A stretch of DNA of 64,000 nt from Candidatus Hydrogenedentota bacterium (GCA_046047315.1 JBJOID010000062.1:5896-69895); one strand, 5' to 3'; numbered from the stretch's first letter, positions 47,902 through 56,891 are shown. Notes: generated from the letters alone by a model not told the origin. Numbers and translations: made by a program.

Positions 47902-48971
47902 ATGCCCTTTTCCAGCAGGTGCTGCAAGCCCTCAGGATCAGAGCTCCGCTTGAAGGCCATGTCGGTGGTGATGACGCCGCGCCGCATCAGGCGATAGAGC
48001 GACTGGTTCATGGTCATCATGCCTTCGCCCTTGCCGATTTCAATCATCGAGGGAATCTGCTCCAGCTTTTCCGAGCGAATCAGCGCGCGGATGGCGGGAT
48101 TGGGCAGCATGATTTCCATGGCCATCACGCGGCCCATGCCGTCGGCGCGCGGCACCAGTTGCTGCACCACCACCGCCTCAAGCACGAAGGACAACTGCGT
48201 GCGCACCTGATCCTGCTGGCCGCTGGGGAACACGTCGATGATGCGGTTCATCGTCTGGAGCGCATCGTTGGTGTGCAGCGTGGCGAAGGCCAAGTGGCCC
48301 GTTTCCGCCACGGTGATGGCCGCCTGGATGGTTTCGATGTCGCGCATTTCGCCGACCAGGATTACGTCGGGGTCTTGGCGCAGCACGCGCTTGAGCGCCT
48401 CGGAGAAACTGCGCGTGTCGGAATGCACCTCGCGCTGGTTGATAACCGACTGGTTATGGTTGTGCAGGTATTCGATCGGGTCCTCGATCGTGATGATGTG
48501 CACGTTGCGCTCGGAATTGATCTTGTCGATGATCGACGCGAGCGTGGTTGACTTACCGGAGCCCGTGGGCCCGCAAATCAATACGAGGCCGAGCGGGCGG
48601 TAGGCCAGGTCGGACACCGCGCGCGGAAGGCCCAGCTGTTCCGCCGACAAGATCTCGAAGGGAATGGCGCGGAACGCGCCCACCACGCTGCCGCGATCGC
48701 GGTACACGTTCAGACGGAAGCGGCTCAGTCCCTCGATGCCGAAGGAGAGATCGCATTCCTTCGTCGCTTCGAACTCGGACACTTGGTCCTCGTTCATCAC
48801 CGTGTAGATGATTTCCTGCGTCTGGTCCGCCATCAGGCGCGGATAGCCCTCAAGCGGTTGCAGCCCCCCATGCAGGCGGATCATGGGCGGCGCCCCCACC
48901 ACGATGTGCAGGTCGCTCGCGCCCTCGCGAATCATCTTCGTCAACAGCTCGCGAATGCTTGGCGTGGCCAT
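47898..48971 (-). CDS. pilT: twitching motility ATPase PilT
   Basis: MIREGASDLHI..., Walker A ICGPTGSGKSTTLASII, the PilT C-terminal AIRALIRSEK...GMMTMNQSLYRLMRRGVIT; 357 aa. Confidence 0.85.
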   Translation of the reverse strand: MATPSIRELLTKMIREGASDLHIVVGAPPMIRLHGGLQPLEGYPRLMADQTQEIIYTVMNEDQVSEFEATKECDLSFGIEGLSRFRLNVYRDRGSVVGAFRAIPFEILSAEQLGLPRAVSDLAYRPLGLVLICGPTGSGKSTTLASIIDKINSERNVHIITIEDPIEYLHNHNQSVINQREVHSDTRSFSEALKRVLRQDPDVILVGEMRDIETIQAAITVAETGHLAFATLHTNDALQTMNRIIDVFPSGQQDQVRTQLSFVLEAVVVQQLVPRADGMGRVMAMEIMLPNPAIRALIRSEKLEQIPSMIEIGKGEGMMTMNQSLYRLMRRGVITTDMAFKRSSDPEGLQHLLEKGM

Positions 48972-49012
48972 AATTCACCCCTCTCCAATCTACTTGTCGG
49001 CAGAACCCGACC

Positions 49013-50737
49013 CTAATCCGCAGGCGTATGCTCCAACACTTGCTCGATGGTGCTCAGGCCCTTGGCGGCCTTGGCCAGCGAGTTTTGGCGGAGCGACTTC
49101 ATGCCGCAGGCGATGGCGGCCTGTTTCAGTTCGTAGCCCGAGGCGCGGCGCAGCACAAGCGGTTGGATGTCCGGCCAGTTCAGCAGCACCTCGACCACGG
49201 CCACGCGGCCGCGATAGCCGCTGTCCTTGCACTTGCTGCATCCGCGTCCACGCACCCACTTGATCTCGTCGAGGTAGTCGAAGCCTCGGTACTGGATGCG
49301 GTCGAGCACCTCGTCCGGCACGTGGATGCGCTCCTTGCACTCGGCGCACACGCGCTTCATCAGGCGTTGCGCGGCGGCCAGCGCCACGGAGGATTGCACC
49401 AGGAAGGGCTCGATGCCCATGTCGATCAAACGGGGGAACACGCCCGCCGCGTCATTGGTGTGCAGCGTGCTCAACACGAGGTGGCCGGTGAGCGCCGCCT
49501 TCACGGCCACGTCCGCAGTTTCGCCGTCGCGGATTTCGCCCACCATCACCACATCCGGGTCTTGGCGCAGAATTTGCCGCAGGGCGTCGGCGAAGGTGAA
49601 GCCGATGCGCGAGTTCACCTGCACCTGGTTCACCCCGAAGAGGTCGTATTCCACCGGGTCTTCCACGGTCACCACGTTGGTCTCGATGTCGCACAGCTTG
49701 CTGAGCGCACTGTAGAGCGTGGTGGTCTTGCCGCTGCCGGTAGGGCCGGTCAGCAGGATCATGCCGTGGGGCAGCTGCAGCGCCTCGCGGAATGCGTTCA
49801 TGGGCTGCGGCTCGAAGCCGAGGCTGTCGAGGTCGAGCGTGAGGTTGCCGCGGTCGAGCACGCGCAGCACCACCTTCTCGCCAAACTTCACGGGCAGGAA
49901 GCCCACGCGGAAGTCGATCTCGCGGTCGTTGTAGCGAATGCGGAAGCGGCCGTCCTGCGGAAGGCGGTGCTCGTCGATGCGGCATCCGGCGAGAATCTTG
50001 AGGCGCGCGATGAGGTTGTGCTGGAGGCTCTTGGGCGGTCCCTTGGCCTCCTCGAGCGTGCCGTCCACGCGGTACCGGATGCGCATGATTTTCTCATACG
50101 GCTCGATATGGATGTCGCTCGCCCCGCGCTCAAGCCCGTTGAAGAGAATCAGGCGCACGAGCTTCTTGACCGGCTCGTCCTCCGCGCCCGCTTCGATCTT
50201 CGACACGTCCTCAATCTCGGACTGGTCTTTAAGCTCCTGCAGCGCGTCGGCCTCGCTGCCGCCGCCCACCAGCGACTTGTACAGGCTCTCCGCCTTGTCC
50301 CCGCCGTAGTGGCGGTTGATCGCGTCGCGCAGTTCCGAGGCCACCGCCACCACCGGTTCGATGTCGTAGCTGGTGAGCATGCGCAGGTCGTCGAGCGCCA
50401 TGATGTTCAGCGGGTCGGCCATCGCCAGTGTCAGCACGTCGCCGGTCACGGATACCGGCAGCATCTGGTACTGGCGCGCCAGCGTCTCCGGCACCTCGGC
50501 CAGCACCTCCTTGGGGATGGAGTAATGCGCCACGCGGATGTGCGGTATGCCCAGCTGCTCGCTCAGCGTGACGACCAGGTCTTCCTCGGAGAGGTATCCC
50601 TTTTCGACCAGCAGCGTCGGCAGGCTGTTGCCCGTGGCGCGTTGCAGGTTGATGCACTCGGTCAGCTGTTCCTGCGTGACCAGCTGCTGCTCCAGCAGCA
50701 TGTCGGGCAGGCGCTTCTTCGCAAACTTCGTTGCCAT
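49013..50737 (-). CDS. pilB: type IV pilus assembly ATPase PilB (GspE family)
   Basis: N-terminal MshEN-like RLPDMLLEQQLVTQEQLTECINLQ; Walker [19 protein letters not shown]; tetracysteine CAECK...CSKCKDSGYRG. Start ATG at 50737 (AGGAG SD). The ORF-track N-terminal 18 aa are rejected. Confidence 0.85.
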   Translation of the reverse strand: MATKFAKKRLPDMLLEQQLVTQEQLTECINLQRATGNSLPTLLVEKGYLSEEDLVVTLSEQLGIPHIRVAHYSIPKEVLAEVPETLARQYQMLPVSVTGDVLTLAMADPLNIMALDDLRMLTSYDIEPVVAVASELRDAINRHYGGDKAESLYKSLVGGGSEADALQELKDQSEIEDVSKIEAGAEDEPVKKLVRLILFNGLERGASDIHIEPYEKIMRIRYRVDGTLEEAKGPPKSLQHNLIARLKILAGCRIDEHRLPQDGRFRIRYNDREIDFRVGFLPVKFGEKVVLRVLDRGNLTLDLDSLGFEPQPMNAFREALQLPHGMILLTGPTGSGKTTTLYSALSKLCDIETNVVTVEDPVEYDLFGVNQVQVNSRIGFTFADALRQILRQDPDVVMVGEIRDGETADVAVKAALTGHLVLSTLHTNDAAGVFPRLIDMGIEPFLVQSSVALAAAQRLMKRVCAECKERIHVPDEVLDRIQYRGFDYLDEIKWVRGRGCSKCKDSGYRGRVAVVEVLLNWPDIQPLVLRRASGYELKQAAIACGMKSLRQNSLAKAAKGLSTIEQVLEHTPAD

Positions 50738-50803
50738 GGGCAGACTCCTAGCGCGGCGCGCGCGCCTTGCGCCGCCACTCAGCGCAAGCACTACTTCTCG
50801 TCA

Positions 50804-52957
50804 TCAGGCGGCCTGCTCGTCACCCAGATGGCTGAGGATTTCGCTTGCGGATTCGCAGGAGATTTCCTGGCCCACCAGGTCGGAATAGGCGATGATCTTT
50901 CTCAACGAACCGGTCATCTTCCGGATGTCTTTGGGCACCCGCATCGCCACCAGGTTCAGTATCTCGTCGGGCAGCCCGGCCTTTTGCGTCTGGGCCGCCT
51001 GCCGCAATATCTCGACGCGGGCCTCCCATTCGGGAGCCTTCAATTCGGCCACGATGCCGCTGGCGAACCGGGACACGAGGCGCTTCTCAAGCAGGCCCAG
51101 CCGGTCCGGCGCCTTGTCGGAAGCGATGATAATCTGTCTCCCGGCACGGTGCAACGTGTTGAAAATATGGAAGAATTCTTCCTGCGCCTCCACCCGTCCC
51201 CCGAGAAACTGGATGTCGTCGAGGATGAGCACTTCCCAACAGCAGTAGTTTTCCCTGAAGGCGTCCATCGCCTTGGCCGAGGCCGCCTCGCTCAAGCGGC
51301 GCGAGAAGTGGCTGGCGCTCACGTAGCCCACGCGCAAGGATGGATTCTTCTCGTTGATGGCGTTGCCAATCGCGCTGATAAGGTGCGTCTTGCCCAGGCC
51401 GACGCTGCCAAAGAGGAAGAAGGGGTTGTATTCCCCGCCCGGTTTGGCCGCCACAGCCTGCGCCAGCTTGAATGTAAATGCGTTGGCCTTGCCCGCGATG
51501 AAGTTCGAGAAGTTGAAAGTCTCGGTCGGCTGGTCGGTTTCCAGCGCGTCGTAGACCTGCTGGTCCGCCTCGCGCTGCGGGTCGTCGTCGCCCTGCTTCG
51601 GGATGCGCCCGTGAAAGGGCATTACCGAGCTGTGCGCCCCGCGCTTCACCAGACGGCTGCCGTCCTGGTTCTCGTGCGTGCTCACCTGCTCGGCCAGCAG
51701 GGCAGCCTGCTGCACGGACTGCAGCGCGCTCTCCGCGATCTGTTCCAGCTTCTGGCTGGTTTCCGCCTGGGCCTCGCGCAGGGCGCTTACCACCTGCGCG
51801 ATGCTGTCGCCATCGGAAGGCTTGGCGCCCATGGCGCGAATCTGCACCAGCAGCGCGGCCATCGCCTCCTGCATCGCCCCGCCCACACTGTCGCGAATCA
51901 GCGCGGCGAGGGCCTCGGGCGGCAGGGCAGCGTCCCCGCCAGCCGCCGGGGACGGCGCAGACACCGTCGCGCCCCGCAGGCTTTGTGAAAGTTTTTCTGC
52001 CATCTCGGCCTGGGAAGAGGCAATCAGTTGGGCAATGCTTTCGAGGCTGGGTTGCGCGGCCTGCTCGGCCCGCATCTTCACCATCAGCGCCGCCAGCGCC
52101 TCTTGAAAAGCGCCGCCCACGCTGTCGTGCAATACATTCGCCAACGCGCCCATGTCTACGCCGCCACCCGCCGCCGGGACCGCCGCCACGGGTTGGCTTG
52201 CGGGCAGCGATTCCCTCAGCGCCTCCTTGATGGCCTGCGCGTACACCTCGGGAGCAACGCCGCCGCCACCCCCATTTCCCATGTTCTTGCCGATATCCTG
52301 GAAGCCTTCACGCACCGCGTTCAGCAGGGCGGCCTGCGTGGATTGCAAGGCCTGCGCAATCGCCGCCGCCTCCGCACCCGACGACTGTGCGGGAGTAGCC
52401 GGCGCCGCTGGCGCGGAGTGCGTCGGGGCCGGCGCGGCCGTGGCGGGCTGGGGCCTGGGGGGTTCTGGCTTGGGGGCGGGCGCCGCGGCCCGCAGGCCCA
52501 GGCTTTCCGCGGTAAGGGAATGCTGGCCCCCGTTCTGCTGCTTGCTCGCCTGCTCGCCAAAGACCTTCTCGGAAACGATGGCGTAATGTTCCCAGTTGCA
52601 GAGAATCGGCTTGATGCGCAGCTCCGGGCAGGATTCCCGGATAGCTTGCAGCGCTTCGAGATCGAGTGGATCCACCATCGCCACCGTGAGGATGCGGCCC
52701 AGCTTGTCAATCGGCAGCACGTGGTGCTGGCGGCAAACTTCCGCCGGAATCAACTGCAGCACATCGGGCCCGATGTTGTAGTCCAACAGGCTCAAGTGAG
52801 GTATCTTGCACTGCTTCACCAGCGCGCTCGCCACCGCCTCCTGAGACACGAACCCCTGGCGCACGAGGATGCGCCCGAGAAAGCCGCCCTCCGCCGCCTG
52901 CATGGCGAGTGCCGCGTCGAGCTGCTCCTGGCTGATCAGCCCTTCTTCCAACAGCAA
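50804..52957 (-). CDS. novel fusion: GspE-N/MshEN domain + repeat-containing Ala/Pro/Gln-rich linker + DnaA-type AAA+ domain (DnaA domain III) with no DNA-binding domain IV
   Basis: N-terminus (K)TLGQLLLEEGLISQEQLDAALAMQ...GRILVRQGFVSQEAV...LIPAEVCRQHHVLPIDKLGRILTVAMVDPLDLEALQAI is a T2SSE_N/MshEN fold with the 24-residue motif. Linker aa ~140-470 carries tandem repeats of about 78 aa (ALANVLHDSVGGAFQEALAALMVKMRAEQ... / ALAALIRDSVGGAMQEAMAALLVQIRAMG...). The C-terminus aligns to E. coli DnaA domain III: TFNFSNFIAGKANAFTFKLAQAVAAKPGGEYNPFFLFGSVGLGKTHLISAIGN (Walker A), LILDDIQFLGGRVEAQEEFFHIFNTL (Walker B), IIIASDKAP (sensor 1), LEKRLVSRFASGIVAEL (Arg finger), IRKMTGSLRKIIAYSDL (sensor 2). The protein ends at SHLGDEQAA, so domain IV is absent. 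Only 66 nt separate it from pilB. The ORF-track start is a TTG; the true start may lie further upstream. Confidence 0.7.
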   Translation of the reverse strand: MLLEEGLISQEQLDAALAMQAAEGGFLGRILVRQGFVSQEAVASALVKQCKIPHLSLLDYNIGPDVLQLIPAEVCRQHHVLPIDKLGRILTVAMVDPLDLEALQAIRESCPELRIKPILCNWEHYAIVSEKVFGEQASKQQNGGQHSLTAESLGLRAAAPAPKPEPPRPQPATAAPAPTHSAPAAPATPAQSSGAEAAAIAQALQSTQAALLNAVREGFQDIGKNMGNGGGGGVAPEVYAQAIKEALRESLPASQPVAAVPAAGGGVDMGALANVLHDSVGGAFQEALAALMVKMRAEQAAQPSLESIAQLIASSQAEMAEKLSQSLRGATVSAPSPAAGGDAALPPEALAALIRDSVGGAMQEAMAALLVQIRAMGAKPSDGDSIAQVVSALREAQAETSQKLEQIAESALQSVQQAALLAEQVSTHENQDGSRLVKRGAHSSVMPFHGRIPKQGDDDPQREADQQVYDALETDQPTETFNFSNFIAGKANAFTFKLAQAVAAKPGGEYNPFFLFGSVGLGKTHLISAIGNAINEKNPSLRVGYVSASHFSRRLSEAASAKAMDAFRENYCCWEVLILDDIQFLGGRVEAQEEFFHIFNTLHRAGRQIIIASDKAPDRLGLLEKRLVSRFASGIVAELKAPEWEARVEILRQAAQTQKAGLPDEILNLVAMRVPKDIRKMTGSLRKIIAYSDLVGQEISCESASEILSHLGDEQAA

Positions 52958-53278
52958 CTGCCCCAGGGTTTTCTGGGGCTCGAAGGTGGTGCCTCCAAGG
53001 AGGCTATCGGTGGATGAACCAGCCGTGACCCGTACTCCAAAGCAAACGCGACCGCAACGCAGAAACCAAGGAAGTTTCTTGACACAAGCTACGAATAAGA
53101 CGCATCGTAGCCATCTTGAATTCTACCCGGCTTCGGTATCCCCGTCAAGCGGTGAAAGCTGCGCAGGCCGATGAACAGGGCGCGGGGGCTGGTTGGCAGG
53201 GGTTCGACATACAGCGGCGGACCTGTCAGAATTTTTTTGGGAGAATACGTTGATGGGCTGCCGAAGGAGATTTGTCCT

Positions 53279-54217
53279 ATGGACGCGATAGCGACCCACG
53301 GGCTGACCAAGGAGTACCGGCAGCTTGGCCGGCAGACGCGGCGCAGTCTGGACAACCTGAGCATCCGCATCCAGCCGGGGGAAGTCTTTGGCTTTCTGGG
53401 TCACAATGGCGCGGGCAAGACGACGACCATCAAGATCCTCTGCGGGCTGGTGAAACCGACGGCGGGGGAGGCCACCCTCTTTGGCGAAAGCGTGCGGGAA
53501 CGGAAAGCGCGGCGCCACTTGGGCTATCTGCCCGAGCAGCCCTACTTCTACGAGTACCTGACGCCCCGCGAGACGATCGACTTCTACGGCCGCCTGCGGG
53601 GAAGAAGCACGGCGGAACGCACGCAGGACTGGGAGTACCTGTCCAAGCTACTCGACCTGCGCGGCATCGCCGACCAGCGCATCAAGAGTTTCTCGAAAGG
53701 CATGCGCCAGCGCATCGGCTTCGCGGTGGCGCTCGTGGGGAATCCCCCGCTGCTGATTCTCGACGAGCCCATGAGCGGGCTCGACCCGGTGGGCCGCCGA
53801 AGCATCCGGGAATTGATTCTTCGTTGTCGCGACGAAGGCAAGACCTTGTTTTTCAGTTCGCATGTGCTGGGCGACGTGGAGCAAATCTGCGACCGGGTAA
53901 GCATCCTGGCGAAGGGGAGGCTGGTCCGCGAGGGCCGCATCGATCAGCTGGTGGGGCGTGAATCCTACGGCGTGGAGATCATCCTACGCGGGCTCGACGC
54001 CGAGGGCCGCGCCCTTGCGCGGGAACGCGCCGACAGCCACCGGCAGGTGGACGACCTCGACATATTCACCACCGGCGACAAGGCCGCCGGCAACGGGCTG
54101 GTGCGCCTGGCGCTGGACCGGAACGCGGAGCTGGTGGACTACAACCCGCTCAAGGATTCGCTGGAGGCCCTGTTCATGCGCGAGCATGACGCCGCCCGCC
54201 GGGAGGACACGGCATGA
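53279..54217 (+). CDS. ABC transporter ATP-binding protein
   Basis: Walker A GHNGAGKTT, signature FSKGMRQRIGFAVAL, Walker B LLILDEPMSGLD. ATG verified at 53279. Confidence 0.85.
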   Translation: MDAIATHGLTKEYRQLGRQTRRSLDNLSIRIQPGEVFGFLGHNGAGKTTTIKILCGLVKPTAGEATLFGESVRERKARRHLGYLPEQPYFYEYLTPRETIDFYGRLRGRSTAERTQDWEYLSKLLDLRGIADQRIKSFSKGMRQRIGFAVALVGNPPLLILDEPMSGLDPVGRRSIRELILRCRDEGKTLFFSSHVLGDVEQICDRVSILAKGRLVREGRIDQLVGRESYGVEIILRGLDAEGRALARERADSHRQVDDLDIFTTGDKAAGNGLVRLALDRNAELVDYNPLKDSLEALFMREHDAARREDTA

Positions 54218-54975
54218 GGGTCTTCACGATTGCGCAGAACACCTTCCGCGAGGCCGTCCGCGACAAGGTGCTGTATGTGCTGCTGTTCTTCGCCGCCGCC
54301 GCAATCCTCGGCTCGAAGGCGCTGGGCTGGATCAGCATTGGGCAGGACATCAAGATCGTCAAGGACATCACGCTGGCTTCCATCAGCGTGTTCGGCGCGC
54401 TCATCGCCATCTTCAGCGGCACCAGCCTGCTCTATAAGGAGATCGACAAGCGCACGCTCTACACCATCCTCAGCCAGCCCATGCACCGCTGGGAGTTCGT
54501 GCTCGGGAAATACCTCGGCCTCATGCAACTGCTGGGCATGGTGGTGCTGATCATGACGGCGGTCTCAGCGGCTTACGTCGTCGTGTTGGGCGGCGCGCTC
54601 GACGGGCTTTATTTTCTGGCCGCCCTGCTGATCTTCTGGAAGCTGCTGCTGGTCACCGCATTCGCCGTGCTGCTCTCGTCGATCACCTCGCCCATCCTCG
54701 GCGCCGTCATCCTTTTCTGCCTCTACGTTTTCGGGCATGCCACGGGCGTGTTCCTTGATCTGCCGCCGCAGTTTGACGGCACCCTCGCCAAGACCGCGCT
54801 CGAGGGCTTTTACCACGCCTTCCCAAACCTGGCCAATTTCGACATCGCGGCGGAGGCCGCCAACGGCGTGCCCGTGTCCCCGGCCTATGTGGCCTATGTA
54901 CTGGCCTATGGAATCCTATACAGCGCGGTGGTGTTGCTCTTCGCCACCGTGGCTTTTGACGGCAAAGATCTATGA
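54214..54975 (+). CDS. ABC-2 type transporter permease
   Basis: Six-TM hydrophobic profile; 4-nt overlap with the upstream ATPase gene. Confidence 0.65.
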   Translation: MRVFTIAQNTFREAVRDKVLYVLLFFAAAAILGSKALGWISIGQDIKIVKDITLASISVFGALIAIFSGTSLLYKEIDKRTLYTILSQPMHRWEFVLGKYLGLMQLLGMVVLIMTAVSAAYVVVLGGALDGLYFLAALLIFWKLLLVTAFAVLLSSITSPILGAVILFCLYVFGHATGVFLDLPPQFDGTLAKTALEGFYHAFPNLANFDIAAEAANGVPVSPAYVAYVLAYGILYSAVVLLFATVAFDGKDL

Positions 54976-56018
54976 ACGCCTCCCCGCGAACGGGCCGCGC
55001 GATTCGCGCCGGGGCAGCGCTGCTCTTGGCGGCCGCCGTGATTGCGGTGCAGATGCGCATCGACGCCGTGCGCCCCGCGCGCGACCCGGACGACATGGCC
55101 TACCTGCCAAACGAGCGCCTGCTTACCCATTTCACCGGGGGCCTGAGCAACGTCATGGCGGACTACATCTGGGTGCAATGCTGCACCTACGTGGGCCGGC
55201 AGGTGAAGTCGAGCTGGAATTTCGAGTGGCTGCGCCAGATGGTCGAGACCGTCGTGCGGCTCGATCCCTATTTCGTGCCGGCCTACCGGTATGGCGCGAT
55301 GTTCCTCGCGACGCTCAAGGCGGAGGACGAAGCCGCGCTGGACCTGTTGCACCGGGGAATGATCATCAACCCGGATTCATGGGAGCTCCCCTACGAGGCC
55401 GCCATGGTGCACCTGCTCAACCGCCGTGAGGAGGCGGACTCCAAATACAACGCGGCCTTCTACCTGAAGCTGGCCGTCGAGACCGGCAAGGCGCCCGGAT
55501 ACGTGGCCGATACCGCCGCATCACTGCAGGGCCAGTACAACCTTATTGGCCTTGAGAAGGAAATGTGGGAGAAGGTGAAGGACAGCGAAGACCCCTTCCT
55601 GAGCGGGCTCGCGCGCACGAAACTTGAAGAGGTGGGCATCCGGAGCAACGTGCAGGTGCTCAACGATCTCGTCGAGCGCTACCGTGTGCAGCACGGTTCC
55701 ATGCCTGGGCGGATCGAACAGCTGGTGGAAGCGGGATACATCCCCGCCATTTCACCGGACCCGCAAGGGGGGCGCTATTTCCTCGGGCCGGATGGCCAGG
55801 CCATGAACGAGACCTTGCTGCACAATGCCGCGCGCGAGCAGCGGGGGCACATCGAGAACGCCATCAAGCGCTACCGCGAAATGCGCGGGGTGAACCCGGA
55901 AAAGCTGGAGGACCTGGTGGGACCAGACATGTTTTCGAAAGTACCCATGCACCCCTGGCCGGGCAAGCAGTGGCGCTACGACCCTGCCACCGGCACGCTG
56001 GAGGAACATGCGGAGTAA
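54972..56018 (+). CDS. hypothetical protein (N-terminal TM anchor, helical repeats) co-operonic with the ABC transporter
   Basis: ATGA overlap with the permease gene; no recognisable catalytic motifs. Confidence 0.4.
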   Translation: MNASPRTGRAIRAGAALLLAAAVIAVQMRIDAVRPARDPDDMAYLPNERLLTHFTGGLSNVMADYIWVQCCTYVGRQVKSSWNFEWLRQMVETVVRLDPYFVPAYRYGAMFLATLKAEDEAALDLLHRGMIINPDSWELPYEAAMVHLLNRREEADSKYNAAFYLKLAVETGKAPGYVADTAASLQGQYNLIGLEKEMWEKVKDSEDPFLSGLARTKLEEVGIRSNVQVLNDLVERYRVQHGSMPGRIEQLVEAGYIPAISPDPQGGRYFLGPDGQAMNETLLHNAAREQRGHIENAIKRYREMRGVNPEKLEDLVGPDMFSKVPMHPWPGKQWRYDPATGTLEEHAE

Positions 56019-56030
56019 CCGTCGCTCCGA

Positions 56031-56891
56031 CTACCGCGCGTAGGGCGCGAAGGCGGTCTTGAAGGCAGCCTTGTTCGCGGCCTTGCGGCCCGCGTCATCA
56101 AGGCCCGCATCGCCCAGCTTGGCGGCGGTCTCGGCGTCCACGGGCGTGCCCGACCATGCCGCCGCATTGTAGAAGTCGGGCCGCGCCAGCAGCGCGTTCA
56201 GTTGCTTGAGCAGCATGCCCTTGTTCTGCACCACCAGGTCGGTCGGGTTGTCCATCAGCATCTGGCGATTCTGGGGATCGATCAGGCCGGTGATGTGTCC
56301 CGCTGCGCCGCCTCCCTGCTTGAGGGCGTTCACCAGCCCCGGCCAATCGGCGATGTCGCCCTCGCTCAGTCCGCCGCCACCACCGCCCGCCGCGCCGCCC
56401 CCCATCGAGCCAAGGTCGATCTCGGGAATCTTCACCCCGCCGATAACGGAAAATGTGCCGGTCTCCATGTTGAGGGCCATCTTCTCGCCCTGCATGTTCT
56501 GCGCGCGAGGGCTGTTCATCACGGGGTTGCCCGTGAACACCAGTTCGCCGGTTTCGAAATTCCACTCGGCCTTGCCCGCCGTAATGTCCGCCTCCGGATG
56601 CTTGATGCGCACGTTGCCCGTGAGCACGATGAGTCTCGGCTGGCCGCCGCCCTCCGCCCACTCGAAGGTGATCTTGTCCGCGGCGATGGGCAGGTCCCCC
56701 TTGGCCTCGTCGCCGGACAGCAGCACGATGCGCACGCCGCCCGACATCTCCTCGATGGCGCCGTTGAAGTTGCCCACAATGGCGCCCGCCTGCTCGATCT
56801 TCATCTTGCTGTAGCCGCCCATGCTGCCCGCTTGTGCGAACACGGGCAGGCCCGCCAACAGCAGGGCCGTAGCCAGGATTGTTTGCTTCAT
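56031..56891 (-). CDS. LptA/OstA-N-like periplasmic protein with Gly-rich insert
   Basis: Signal peptide MKQTILATALLLAGLPVFAQA; OstA-like beta-jellyroll repeats (RIVLLSGDEAKGDLPIAADKITFEW..., LVFTGNPVMNSP...); GGGAAGGGGGG insert. Confidence 0.45.
   Translation of the reverse strand: MKQTILATALLLAGLPVFAQAGSMGGYSKMKIEQAGAIVGNFNGAIEEMSGGVRIVLLSGDEAKGDLPIAADKITFEWAEGGGQPRLIVLTGNVRIKHPEADITAGKAEWNFETGELVFTGNPVMNSPRAQNMQGEKMALNMETGTFSVIGGVKIPEIDLGSMGGGAAGGGGGGLSEGDIADWPGLVNALKQGGGAAGHITGLIDPQNRQMLMDNPTDLVVQNKGMLLKQLNALLARPDFYNAAAWSGTPVDAETAAKLGDAGLDDAGRKAANKAAFKTAFAPYAR

Noticed and set aside
49028-51988. 986-aa ORF on the plus strand
   Set aside because: Antisense to pilB and the MshEN-DnaA-like gene. 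Low-complexity R/A/G/H-rich product with no homology signal.
50804-52957. Calling this gene dnaA
   Set aside because: It has a bona fide DnaA domain III but lacks domains I/II and the DNA-binding domain IV, and it carries a secretion-ATPase N-domain instead. It cannot be the replication initiator, so it is reported as a novel fusion.
53077-53082. TTGACA as a -35 box for the ABC transporter operon
   Set aside because: No acceptable -10 hexamer at 16-18 bp spacing, and it lies about 200 bp from the start codon.
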